Below, in pieces: positions 52,894-64,000 of a DNA stretch of 64,000 nucleotides. How positions within the stretch are numbered: the first letter of the stretch is position 1; every line of letters begins with the position of its first letter. The notes under the pieces were generated by a model. That model searched no databases and had not been told where the DNA came from. It saw only the letters and a program-made list of their open reading frames with translations. The DNA comes from Chiloscyllium plagiosum. Lineage: Eukaryota. A program made the translations under genes and the position numbers. The DNA lies in NCBI RefSeq assembly GCF_004010195.1, contig NC_057720.1:33068805-33132804 (forward strand), in the 5' to 3' direction.

Positions 52894-53810
52894 ATAGTGT
52901 CATAGAGTCAGTCATACAGCATGGAAACAGACCCTTCAGTCCAACTAGCCCACGCTGACCATGTCCCCACACTAAACCTAATCCCACGGGCCTGCATTTT
53001 GCCCTTATCCATCTCAACCTTTCTCACTCATATTTATCCAAATGTCTTTTCAATGTTGCAACTGTACCTGCATCCACCACTCCCCCGGCAGTTCATTCCA
53101 CAAACAAATGACTATTTTAAAAAAGTTGCTTCTGATGTCCTTGTTAAAACTTTCTCCTCTCACCTTAAAAGTATGCCTTCTAGTTTTGAACTCTCCCACC
53201 CGAGGGAAAGGACACTTGCCAGTTAAAAAAAATTCTTTCAGGGGATGTGGGCATCATTAGCTAGGCGAGCATTTATTGTCTAGAAGGGGAAGGTAAGTGA
53301 ATATTACATTGCTGTGGGTCTGGAGTTATGTGTAGGCCAGACCAGGTAAGGATGATAGTTTCCTTCCCTAAAAGACATAAGTGAAGCAGATGGGTTTTTC
53401 TGACAATTGGCAATGGATTTATGGTCATTATTATGCTCTTAATTCCAGATATTTTCTCATTGAATTCAAATTCCACCATCTGCTGTGGCAGGATTCGAAC
53501 CCAGGTCCCCAGAACATCTCTGGGTCTCTGGATTAACAGTCCATTGATAATACCACTAAGCCATCATCTCCCCCAATCACCTGATCTCTGCCCCTCACGA
53601 ATTTATAAACCTCTATAAAAAGGTCACCCCTCAACGTCTGATGCTCCAGTGAAAAAAAATTCCCAACCTTTTTTATAACCCAAACCCTCATTCCTGACCA
53701 AATCCTGTAAATAATTTTTGAATCCACTCCAATTTAACAATATCATTCCTATAACAGTGACCAGAACTGCACACAGTATTCCAGATGAGCCCTCACCAAC
53801 GTCCTGTAAA
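52894..53810 (-). mobile_element. CR1-clade LINE 3' end, interrupted by a SINE and ending at the assembly gap
   Basis: catagagtc tail; YRTLVRAHLEYCVQFWS on - next to the gap. Confidence 0.8.
53226..53574 (-). mobile_element. tRNA-derived SINE with L2/CR1-like tail (possibly SacSINE1-like)
   Basis: On -: ggggagatgatggcttagtgg (A-box) and gggttcgaatcc (B-box); tail aataaatgct..gatgcccacatccc. Confidence 0.8.
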
Positions 53811-54310
53811 NNNNNNNNNNNNNNNNNNNNNNNNNNNNNNNNNNNNNNNNNNNNNNNNNNNNNNNNNNNNNNNNNNNNNNNNNNNNNNNNNNNNNNNNNN
53901 NNNNNNNNNNNNNNNNNNNNNNNNNNNNNNNNNNNNNNNNNNNNNNNNNNNNNNNNNNNNNNNNNNNNNNNNNNNNNNNNNNNNNNNNNNNNNNNNNNNN
54001 NNNNNNNNNNNNNNNNNNNNNNNNNNNNNNNNNNNNNNNNNNNNNNNNNNNNNNNNNNNNNNNNNNNNNNNNNNNNNNNNNNNNNNNNNNNNNNNNNNNN
54101 NNNNNNNNNNNNNNNNNNNNNNNNNNNNNNNNNNNNNNNNNNNNNNNNNNNNNNNNNNNNNNNNNNNNNNNNNNNNNNNNNNNNNNNNNNNNNNNNNNNN
54201 NNNNNNNNNNNNNNNNNNNNNNNNNNNNNNNNNNNNNNNNNNNNNNNNNNNNNNNNNNNNNNNNNNNNNNNNNNNNNNNNNNNNNNNNNNNNNNNNNNNN
54301 NNNNNNNNNN
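53811..54310. other. Assembly gap (500 N)
   Basis: Run of N with a round-number length. Confidence 0.99.
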
Positions 54311-55584
54311 TGGTTGCTGTGCACACCACAGGTAATTTTATTCTCCTTTGAATACAGTAACCCCAACATGCCTGAGGGATGATCTGCTGCCTCTTTGACA
54401 AAACAAATCATGCTCTTCAGGTAAGACTGGTCAATGGTAAATGGTGCTTTTGTTCCTACCAACAACACAGACACCTAATCTAATGCTGTACCATTGCAAA
54501 GGTTAAAATTTTCACACAGCAAAATGGTACCTCTTCAGGCCTGAAGAATGAGGCATGATGTCAATAATAGGTTTTAAATGTAGGGCCAGGAACTTTATAA
54601 GAATACAGATCATACACCATGGAGATTTTCTGTAATTGTCCAACATACTAAATCAGTTCTGTTTTGTCCCTGATTGAAGCGATGTGGTAGAGAAGTACCA
54701 ATTTATACATGAGAGCAAAATTTTCAAAGCAAAGCAAAATGCTCAATACAAACGAAAGTGCCTTGAACACATAGCTGCACATTGAGATTTACAAAGCAGA
54801 AGAGAAGTAAAGATTGTTTTGGTAGTTATGTCCTTGTGATGGCATTTAAACGATTGTGATATTTTAATGCTTTTGATACTGACATTAGTTACAATATGCC
54901 AAAATCAGTAGTGAATCTCCCAGTGTCCCAATCAGGGAATATAATGAGATATGTATCACAAACCTATAAAAACTACAAAAGTCAGATGTGTGGTAAAAGT
55001 CGAGGAAGCATAGGAAAAAAGAGAGGAAAAAAATGGCCAGGTTATCTGCTCATTACTATTAGTCACAATCACTGTTGAAAGTTTGTGTATGTGGATGCTT
55101 ATGGCTGGGGTGGTCAAGTTTTGTCAACTAAAATGATCCAATAGTTGAATAGCCTATATTAGAACAGGAATAGGCCATTTAGTCCCTCAAGTATTTTCTC
55201 CATTCAATTAGATTGAGGCTAGTCTGAACCCACCACCTAAAACAACAGTCCAGAGAAATAAATTAAAAGTTATTTATGCTTATGTCACAGAGACAGACCA
55301 CTTAGCACCAAAGGTCTATGCTGATATTTGTGTTCCTCATGAATGGCCTTTTTCCGACTACATACAATCCTATCAATATTAATCAAGTAATATTTTCTCT
55401 CTCATGTATTTATCTCACTTCCCCATGAATGGATCAATGCTATTTGATGTTACTATTCTGTGTAATAGTGGAACAAGCTATTCCACTTAGACTTATTATC
55501 TTGTTTCTCACCCATAGTTTCTATCCCTCCAAAGCAAAAACATTTTCCTTTGCCTATATTATAGAATACTATCACAATTTTAAA

Positions 55585-55779
55585 AATCACACAACACCAG
55601 GTTATAGTCCAACAGGTTTAATTGGAAGCACACTAACTTTCGGAGCGACACTCCTTCATCAGGTGATTGTCCTGATTGTCCTGGCTAGTGTGCTTCCAAT
55701 TAAACCTGTTGGACTATAACCTGGTGTTGTGTGATTTTTAACTTTGTACACCCCAGTCCAACACCGGCATCTCCGAATC
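55585..55779. mobile_element. Young fold-back Penelope-like element tail insertion with a TSD of up to 14 bp
   Basis: About 55-bp near-perfect inverted arms. TSD atcacaattttaaa at 55571-55584 and 55780-55793. Same family as 26600-26734. Confidence 0.88.
55631..55666 (-). ncRNA. Minimal hammerhead ribozyme motif
   Basis: CAC-CUGAUGA-A-GGAGU(GUC)GCUCC-GAAA-GU-UA-GUG. Confidence 0.6.
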
Positions 55780-57345
55780 ATCACAATTTTAAAGTGCTCT
55801 ATTAAGTCTTCACCCTTCCCTTTCCTCAAGAACAGATGCTCAATAGAAATAAAAGGGAAATAAAGTTTGGTAATAAGTACCAGTTTAAAGAAAAGTCTGA
55901 AAAAAAGATAGGGAAGCATCTGCCTTTCCTGTTTAACCAAGATCCTGATGCACCAAAGCATTACAAAATAAAATCTTTCCTTTCTTCTTGCTAGCTGAGA
56001 CATGACAGAGATGACACTTTAACTCAAACGAATGAAGGTACATTTGCCACTTGGACGGATTGTGTGTACAAATGCCATTGTACCACAGAATAGTGAACTA
56101 TAAGATCTCAGCCATAGCAAGCAGAACCACAAACCGTATTCATTGCTACTTAGACTTTCCCCTACCTATTTAATTGGGGAATTTTGCAGCACACGTTGAT
56201 CTCCGGAGAAACTGGCTGTGTGGTATCTAAGCTAACAGGGCAGAAAGATTGGAAAATTAACAGCAAAAGGTCTAAGTAGAAAGGGCAATGGATTGATGAA
56301 TTCAATAAAATTGTGTGCAGAAAGAAAAGTAATGGGATGCATTTAAAGGTGGGGCTGGAGGGAGACAAGTTCCATAGGTACATTCTAATCAGCTTGTTCA
56401 GTCATGTTATAACACACCTCTGGAACAGATAGGACTTGAACCCAGGCCTTTAGCTTATAGATTGGGAAACTAGTATTATGTTATAAGAGCTCTCCAACAA
56501 GCCCAAATACCTATTAATGTCACCCTCCATACGCTGACTTCCATGTGAATGTAAAGTCTGACCATAGAGATTCAGACAGCCTGCCGATATCACACTGAAG
56601 TAGTTAATGCTTCATCCACCTCAATAAACATCCTTCTTACACCTGCCACAGTCATTAAGCTACAACTGAAATGGATGTATGTTCAGTGGAGGGATTGCCT
56701 CTCCACATTGGTCTGGCAGGTATAGCTATTTTTAACATTAAAAGGTTTAAACTCTCGAAAGAGTGTGCCTCCATTGTGAACTAATCAATAGTAACCACCT
56801 CTGACAGTGTAGCTAGCATTGTGTCATTTCTGGAAAGTTTGCAATTGGATCTTCAGCATAAGGAGCTTGCACCATATTGTTAATTGGACAATTTGCTAAT
56901 AATCTCATCGGCTGCCAAGTGCCAACATAGTGCTTAGTTGGGAACTGGAAATTCTTTCAACATTGGGATCTGACCCCAGACCTAAAATTCAGCTCAAAGA
57001 GAGGGAATGAAGTGAAACAGATGGAAAAAGATGGTAAGAAAAATGTTTTAAATTTTATATTTTAAGTTTCAATTGTTGCTGGAGGAATGAGGCTCGTGTT
57101 CATAATTCTCAATTTTCAGTGCCAAGGAAGCTGATTCCATGGTGCACACTGCTGCTACTGAGAATTGGTGGAGGAGTCATTGAATGTTTGGTGGATGTGG
57201 TGCTAATTATCAGGCTGCTTTGACCTAGATTGTGTTAAGCTTCATGAATGTAGTTAGAGCTGCACTCATCCAGGCAAGTGTGGAGATTTCCATCATGTTC
57301 CTGACTTATGGCATGTAGACAGTCGCGACTTTGGGGAGTCAGGAG

Positions 57346-58419
57346 GTCATAGTGTCATAGAATGTATAGCATGGAAATAGACCCTTCAGTCCAACCCGTC
57401 CATGCCGACCAGATATCCCAACTCAATCTAGTCCCACCTGCCAGCACCTGGCCCATATCCCTCCAAACCCTCCCTATTCATATACCCATCCAAATGCCTC
57501 TTAAATGTTGCAATTGTACCCGCCTCCACCACATCCTCTGGCAGCTCATTCCATACATGTACCATCCTCTGCGTGAAAAAGTTGACCCTTAGGTCTATTT
57601 TATATCTTTCCCCTCTCACCCTAAACCTATGCCCTCTAGTTCTGCTTTCCCCGACCCCAGGGAAAAGACTTTGTCTATTTATCCTATCTATGCCCCTCAT
57701 AATTTTGTAAACCTCTATAAGGTCACCCCTCAGCCTCCGACACTCCAGGGAAAACAGCCCCAGCCTGTTCAGCCTCTCCCTGTAGCTCAGATCCTCCAAC
57801 CCTGGCAACATCCTTGTAAATCTTTCCNNNNNNNNNNNNNNNNNNNNNNNNNNNNNNNNNNNNNNNNNNNNNNNNNNNNNNNNNNNNNNNNNNNNNNNNN
57901 NNNNNNNNNNNNNNNNNNNNNNNNNNNNNNNNNNNNNNNNNNNNNNNNNNNNNNNNNNNNNNNNNNNNNNNNNNNNNNNNNNNNNNNNNNNNNNNNNNNN
58001 NNNNNNNNNNNNNNNNNNNNNNNNNNNNNNNNNNNNNNNNNNNNNNNNNNNNNNNNNNNNNNNNNNNNNNNNNNNNNNNNNNNNNNNNNNNNNNNNNNNN
58101 NNNNNNNNNNNNNNNNNNNNNNNNNNNNNNNNNNNNNNNNNNNNNNNNNNNNNNNNNNTGGCACTCCACTGGTCACAGGCCTCCAGTCTGAAAAACAACC
58201 CTCCACCACCACCCTCTGTCTTCTACCTTTGAGCCAGTTCTGTATCCAAATGGCTAGTTCTCCCTGTATTCCATGAGATCTAACCTTGCTAATCAGTCTC
58301 CCATGGGGAACCTTGTCGAACGCCTTACTGAAGTCCATATAGATCACATCTACTGTTCTGCCCTCAATCTTCTTTGTTAGTTCTTCAAAAAACTCAATCA
58401 AGTTTGTGAGACATGATTT
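57346..58419 (-). mobile_element. Young CR1-clade (HER1-like) LINE, 5'-truncated, spanning a gap
   Basis: SCLTNLIEFFEE..VDVIYMDFSKAFDKVPHGRL..VTSGVP and ERFTRMLPGLE..RGDLIEVYK. Confidence 0.92.
57828..58158. other. Assembly gap (331 N)
   Basis: Run of N inside the CR1 element. Confidence 0.99.
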
Positions 58420-59053
58420 TGAATTACTTGCCACAAAAGTTCTAGCCTCTGACCTTCACATGTAGCCATAATACTTATATGATTAGTCCAGTTCTAGTCA
58501 ATGGTAACTCAGAATGTTGATAGTGGGAGATTCAGTGATTGTGGTATCATTGAAAGTCAAGGAGTGATGGTTGGATTCTATCATGTTGGAGACGGTCATT
58601 AACTGACATTTGTGTGGTACAAATGTTACTTGCCACTTGTCAGCCAAAGCCTAGATATTGTCCAGATCCTGTGGCATTTGAACATGGACTGTTTCAGATT
58701 CTGAGGAGTCATCAATAGTGCTGAACGTTGCATGGTCATCAGTGAAGATTCCCATTTCTGACCTTAAGATGGAGGGAATCTCATTGATAAAGCAGATGAA
58801 AATCATTACCCTGAAGAAGTTCTGCAGAGACATACTGGAGCTGAGATGACTGACCTCAAACAACCACAATCATGCCAGATACGACTCCAACCAGTAGAGT
58901 TTTCTCCAGACGTTCCTTGATTCCAGTTTTGCTAGAGTTTTTTGATGCCACACTCAGTCAAATGTGACCTTGGTGTGAAGGACTGTCAATTACACCTCAC
59001 CTCTGGAATTCAGCTCTTTTGTCAATGCCAAGACATCAGGAGCTGGGAGGCCC

Positions 59054-60715
59054 AGATAGCTTCCCAGTCAGATCTGGAGTCAGGCAGGGCTGCCCTCTCT
59101 CTCCTGCCTTGTTTAGTGTGCTGCATAGAGCCATTTGCCGAGTCCATCAGGAAGGATGCGAGCCTGAGAGGGGTGACTATTCCTGGCAGTGGGGGCCTGC
59201 AGGTTAAGGCCTCCCTGTACATGGATGATGTCGCTGTCTTCTGCTTGGATCCGCTGTCCGTGCGCAGACTCATGTGCATATGTGACCAGTTCGAGGGGGC
59301 CAAGGTAAACCAAGGCAAGAGCGAGGCCATGTTCTTCGGGAACTGGACCGACCAATCCTCAATCCCCTTCACCGTCAGGACCGATCACCTGAAGGTGCTG
59401 GGTATTTGGTTCAGGGGTGCTGGGGTGTGTGCCAAGTCTTGGGAGGAGCGTATCAGCAAAGTGAGGCAGAAACTGGGCAGAAGCTACGGTCGCTCTCCAT
59501 CGCGGGAAAAAACCTGGTCACAGGTTTGAGGCACTGTCATTGCTGTTATTCCCAGAACCTGTGCCGCTGCAGTCACCCGGGTCATCTTCTAATTTATATG
59601 GAGGTCAAAGATGGATCGGGTCCAAAGGGACTCGCTGTACAAAGATCTAGGCAATGGGGAAAAAATACACCCAATGCCACCCTCACCCTGATGGTCACCT
59701 TTGTGTGTGGCTGCATCAAGCTGTGCATGGATCCCTGGTATGCAAACACCAAGTGTCACTACGTACTGAGGTTCTACCTGTCCCCGGTGTTGCGAAGGAT
59801 GGGCCTGGCCTCGCTGCCGCGGAACGCTCCGAGTAGTTGGACAGTTCCGTATCACCTGTCCTTCATGGAGAAGTTTATGAAAAAAAACACCTTTGACCAC
59901 AAGTCCATCAGGAAGTGGTCAGCACATAGTGTCCTTGAGACCCTTCAGGAAAAAGAGAGGGTGGATCCTATCAAGTGGTTCCCTGAGCAGACTGTCAAAG
60001 CCATTTGGCAGAATGCCTCATCGTCAGAACTTTCCAACAGCACCAAGACATAGCTTGGCTGGTGGTGAGAAGGGCTCTGCCTGTGAGATCCTTTATGCAC
60101 GCCTGGACTCTCAGCCGCACCGCACGATGCCCTCGAAGCGGCTGTGGGGGGGGACGAGACTGTCACACACCTCCTGGAATGTGCCTACGCAGAAGAATTC
60201 TGGAGAGGAATGCAGTGGTGTTTGTCGAGGTTCGTCCCAAGCAGCGCCGTGACGCGGGACTCCGTGCTCTACGGTCTGTTCCCCAGGACGCACACCGAGA
60301 CGAACATCAACTGTGCCTGGAGGATCATCAACTCGGTGAAGGACGCTCTCTGGGCGGTCCGAAACCTGTTGATCTTCCAGCTGAAGGAGTTGACCCTGAC
60401 TGAGTGTTGCAGACTGGCACATTCCAAGGTCCAGGACTACGTGTTGAGGGACGCGCTGAAGCTTGGCGTGGTGGGGAAAGACCACCGTATAACATCTGCC
60501 TGCCTAAGAAGAACAGGGGGCCCACGCATTCATTTGGGCTCTGCTGACGCCTCGGCTAAATATATGGACATATGATTGATAAATGTACAGACCTGTATAT
60601 AAAAATGATAAATTCTGATCTCTGTATGTAAATGTTTACGTATGTATGGCATGACCAACTGTACAGACCATCAAATTATTTTATGAATAAAGTATATTTT
60701 TGAAATAAAAAAAAA
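59054..60715 (+). mobile_element. Tx1/L1-clade LINE, 5'-truncated, with poly(A) tail
   Basis: FPVRSGVRQGCPLSP, LYMDD, C-terminal CPRSGCGG/DETVTHLLEC zinc knuckle. AATAAA at 60686, A-tail 60707-60715, TSD-like gggaggccc / gagaggccc. Several frameshifts. Confidence 0.9.
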
Positions 60716-61357
60716 GAGAGGCCCTGATGGAACTCAAACCGAGCATCAGTAAACAGGTTATGTATCAGCAAGTTTTGCTTGATTGTACTGTTGATAACAC
60801 CTTCAAATCACTTTTCTGATGATTGAGAGTAGACTGATTGGATGGTCATTGGCCAAGTTGGATTTGTCCTGCTTTTTGTGTTCAGGGCATACCTGGGCAC
60901 TTTTTCGTGTTATTGGGTAGATGGCAGTGTTGTGGCTGCACTGGAAGAGTTTTTAGGGGCTCAACAATTTCTGGAGAACCAGGTTTCAGTACAATTGCCG
61001 GAATATTGTTAGGATCATAGCCTTTGCAGCATTCAGTGCCTCCAACTATTTCTTGATATCACATGAAGTGAATCAAATTGGTTGAAGACTGGCATTTATG
61101 ATGCTGGGGATTTCTAGAATTATCCACTCAGCACTTTGGACTGAAGATTGTTGCAATTCCTTCAGCTTTAACTTTACACTAATGTGATGGACTCCACCAT
61201 TATTGAAAATGTGAATGTTGTTCAGCCTTCTTGTTCAATGAGTTGTTTAATTTTCCATCAACATTCACAACGAGATGTGGCAGGGCTGCAGAGCTTAGAT
61301 CTGATACATTGGTTGTGGAATTGCTTAGTTCTGTCCAATTGCTTAACTGCTTTTGCA

Positions 61358-61688
61358 TTTTTTTTATTCATTCACAAGATGAGGGTATCATTGGTATAGC
61401 TGGGCATTTATTGTCCATCCCTAATTGCCCAGAGGGCAGTGAAGAGTCAGCTGTATTGCTGTGGGTTTGGAGTTACATGCAGGCAAGACCAGGTAAGGAC
61501 ATTAGTGAGCCAGATGGGTTTTGCCTGACAGTTGATAATGGATTTCTAGTTATCATTAGACTCTTAATCCCAGATTTTTATTGAACTCAAATTCTACCAT
61601 CTGCCACAGCAGGATTTGAATCCAGGTCCCCAGAACATTACCTGGATAAACAGTCCAGTAATGATACCATTAGGCCATCACCTCCCCC
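61358..61688 (-). mobile_element. tRNA-derived SINE with L2/CR1-like tail, nested in LINE copy C
   Basis: Homologous to 53226-53574. Confidence 0.8.
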
Positions 61689-62577
61689 AAATACTTGGCG
61701 CACAATTAGCCCTATGCTATAGCTTCACTAGGTTAAAGTGTCAGAAAGATGCCTCACTTTTAGCTATGCGAGGTGCTGCTCCTGACGTGTCCTCCTGTAC
61801 TCTTCATTGAACTTGGGTTGATCCCCTGGCTTGATGGTAATGGTAGAATAGGGGTATAAGCTGGGCCAAGAGGTCACAGATTGTATTAGAATAAAGTTTG
61901 GCTGCTGCTGATGGCCTAAGTACCTCCTAGATACTTGGTATTGAGTTGTGAGATCTGTTCAAAATCTTTCCCTTTTAACACAGTGATAGCACTACAATAT
62001 ATGATGGAGCATATTCTCAATGTGAAGACTAGTCTTCATCTCCACAAGGACTGTATGGTGAACACTCTAACCAATACTGTCATGAACTGATCCATCTGTG
62101 GCGAGCAGACTCTTTAGGATGAGATCAAGTATGTTTTCCCTCTTGTTGTTTCCTCACCCAGTCTCGCAGCTACTCCCTTAGGACTCAACCAGCTCAATCA
62201 GCTGGTGCTGCCATGCCGGTCTTGGTGATAGACATTGACATTTCCCATCCAGAGTGCATTCAGCTCTCTGGCCACCATCAGTGTTTCCTCCAAGTGTTGT
62301 GAAACATGGTACTGATTCCTGAGCCAAGAGAGGACAGTATATGGTAATCAGCAGGAGGTTTCCTTGTCGATGTTTGATCTGATGCCATGAGATTTCATGG
62401 GTTTTGGAGTCAAATGTTGAGGACACCTAAGGCAGTTCCCTCCTGACTGTATACTACTGTACTGCCACCTTTTCCAGGTCTATCCTACCTGACCAAGATG
62501 ATGGTGATGTTTTTGGTATGTTATGTGTAAGGTATGATTCCATGAATATGACTCTACTATGTCAGGCTGTTGCTTGA

Positions 62578-64000
62578 CGAGTCAGAGAGACAAACAGCAT
62601 GGAAACAAATCCTTTGGTCCAACTGGTCATGCCAACCATGTTTACAAGCTACACCAACCCCACCTGACTGCGTTTGGCTCATATCCGTCAAAACTTTGCC
62701 TATTCTTGTACTTATCCAAATGTCATAGAGTCAAAAGCATGGAAACAGACCCTTGAGTCCAACTCATCCATACTGACTAGACATCCCAACCTGATGTGGT
62801 CTCATTTGCCAGCAGTTGGCCTGCATCTCTCTAAACCTTCCTATTCCTATACCACCCAGATGCCTTTTAAATGTTATAATTGTATCTGCCTTTACTATTT
62901 CCTCTGGCAGCTCATTCCAGACACACACTTTGCGTGAAAAAAGTTACCTGTCAAGTTCTTTTTAAATTTATCCCCTCTCACCTTAAACATATGTCCTACA
63001 GTTTTGAATTCCCCAACTCAGGGAAAAAGACCTTGTCTATTCACCTTATCCGTGCCCCTCATGATTTTATAAACCTCTATAGGGGTCCCTCAATCTCTGA
63101 TGCTTCAGAGGAAACTCCACAGACTATTCAGTCTGTCTCTACAGCTCAAACCCACCAGTCCCAGCAAGATCCTTGTAAATCTTTTCTGAACCCTTTCAAG
63201 TTTAACAGCATCCTTCCTATAGAATGGTGACCAGATTTGTATTCAATATTTCAAAAGTAGCCTCACAAATGCCTAGTACAGCCACATCATGACATCTCAA
63301 CACCTATACTCAATGTTATGACCAAACATGCCAAACACTTTCTCTACCTGCAACTTCACTTTCAAGGACCTATGCAACTGCATTCCTTGATCTCTTTGTT
63401 CAACAATATTCCCCAGGTCTTTTAAATGTTGTAACTGTACCTGCATTCATCACTTCCTCTGACAGTTTTTTCCACACATGAACCACTGTGTAAAAAAAGT
63501 TGCCCCTCATGTCCTTTTTAAAACTTTCTCCTCTCACCTTAAAAATATGGACCCTAATTTTGAAATCCCACGCCTGAGGGAAAAGACCCTTGCTCTTTAC
63601 TTATCTGTGCCTCTCATGATTTTAAAAACCTCTGTATTTCCCCCTCAACCTGCTACGCTCCAATGAAAAAAGTCCTAGCCTATCCAACTTTTTTTATAAC
63701 TCACTCTCCATTTCCGTCAACATATAAGTAAATATTTTCTGAACCCTCTCCAATTTAATAATATCCTTCCTATAACAAGGTGACCAGTACAATACACAGT
63801 ACTCCAGAAAATGCCTCATCAAAGTCATGTCCCTCAACATGACATCCCAACACCCATACTCAACGGTCTGAACAATGAAGACGAGTGTGCTAGATGCATT
63901 CTTAACCACCCTGTCTATCTGTGACCTAAATTTCAAACAATTATTTCTGTTCTACAACATTACCCAAGGCCCTAACATTAATTGTATAAGTCCTGTCCTT
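62578..64000 (-). mobile_element. CR1-clade LINE with a second CR1 copy nested at about 62722-63418
   Basis: Two CR1 tails (cagcatggaaaca at about 62594, aagcatggaaacag at about 62735). The outer copy breaks at ccaaatgtc and resumes at ttttaaatgttgtaac (about 63420). ORF 63694-63936 contains LEYCVLYWSP. Confidence 0.8.

Larger units (their letters stand above)
57150..62577 (-). mobile_element. Old L2/CR1-like LINE, copy C (EN to RT), host of three nested insertions
   Basis: EN-like HEISWHQIKHRQGNLLLITIYCP (62178-62426) and RT-like FICFINEIPSILRSEMGIFTDD (58651-58869). Collinear pieces at 57150-57345, 58420-59053, 60716-61357 and 61689-62577. Confidence 0.75.

Noticed and set aside
53718..54474. 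Long ORFs of 188-241 aa
   Set aside because: Artefacts of translating the N run.

Overview
Vertebrate genomic DNA. The repeat content (HE1/V-SINE-type and other tRNA-derived SINEs, CR1-like LINEs, Penelope-like elements) points to a cartilaginous fish, probably a shark; this is an inference. Two genes converge tail-to-tail. The last two coding exons and 3' UTR of ZSWIM5 lie on + (4613-4694, 6246-7108). The last three coding exons of UROD lie on - (36228-36128, 30114-30048, 29959-29795); I did not find its upstream exons in the window. Most of the rest is transposon debris: CR1-like, L2/CR1-like, Rex1/Babar and Tx1 LINEs, at least four SINE families, a decayed PIF/Harbinger element and a possible solo LTR. 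There are two assembly gaps. Most notable: (1) about 13 Penelope-like element (PLE) fragments carrying 8 recognisable minimal hammerhead-ribozyme motifs, several as tiny TSD-flanked fold-back insertions; (2) three unrelated retroelements inserted within about 20 nt of the same homologous site in three copies of one old LINE; (3) unexplained exon-like segments in the repeat-poor ZSWIM5-UROD intergenic region. Repeat family names come from recognition, not database searches, and repeat boundaries are approximate.
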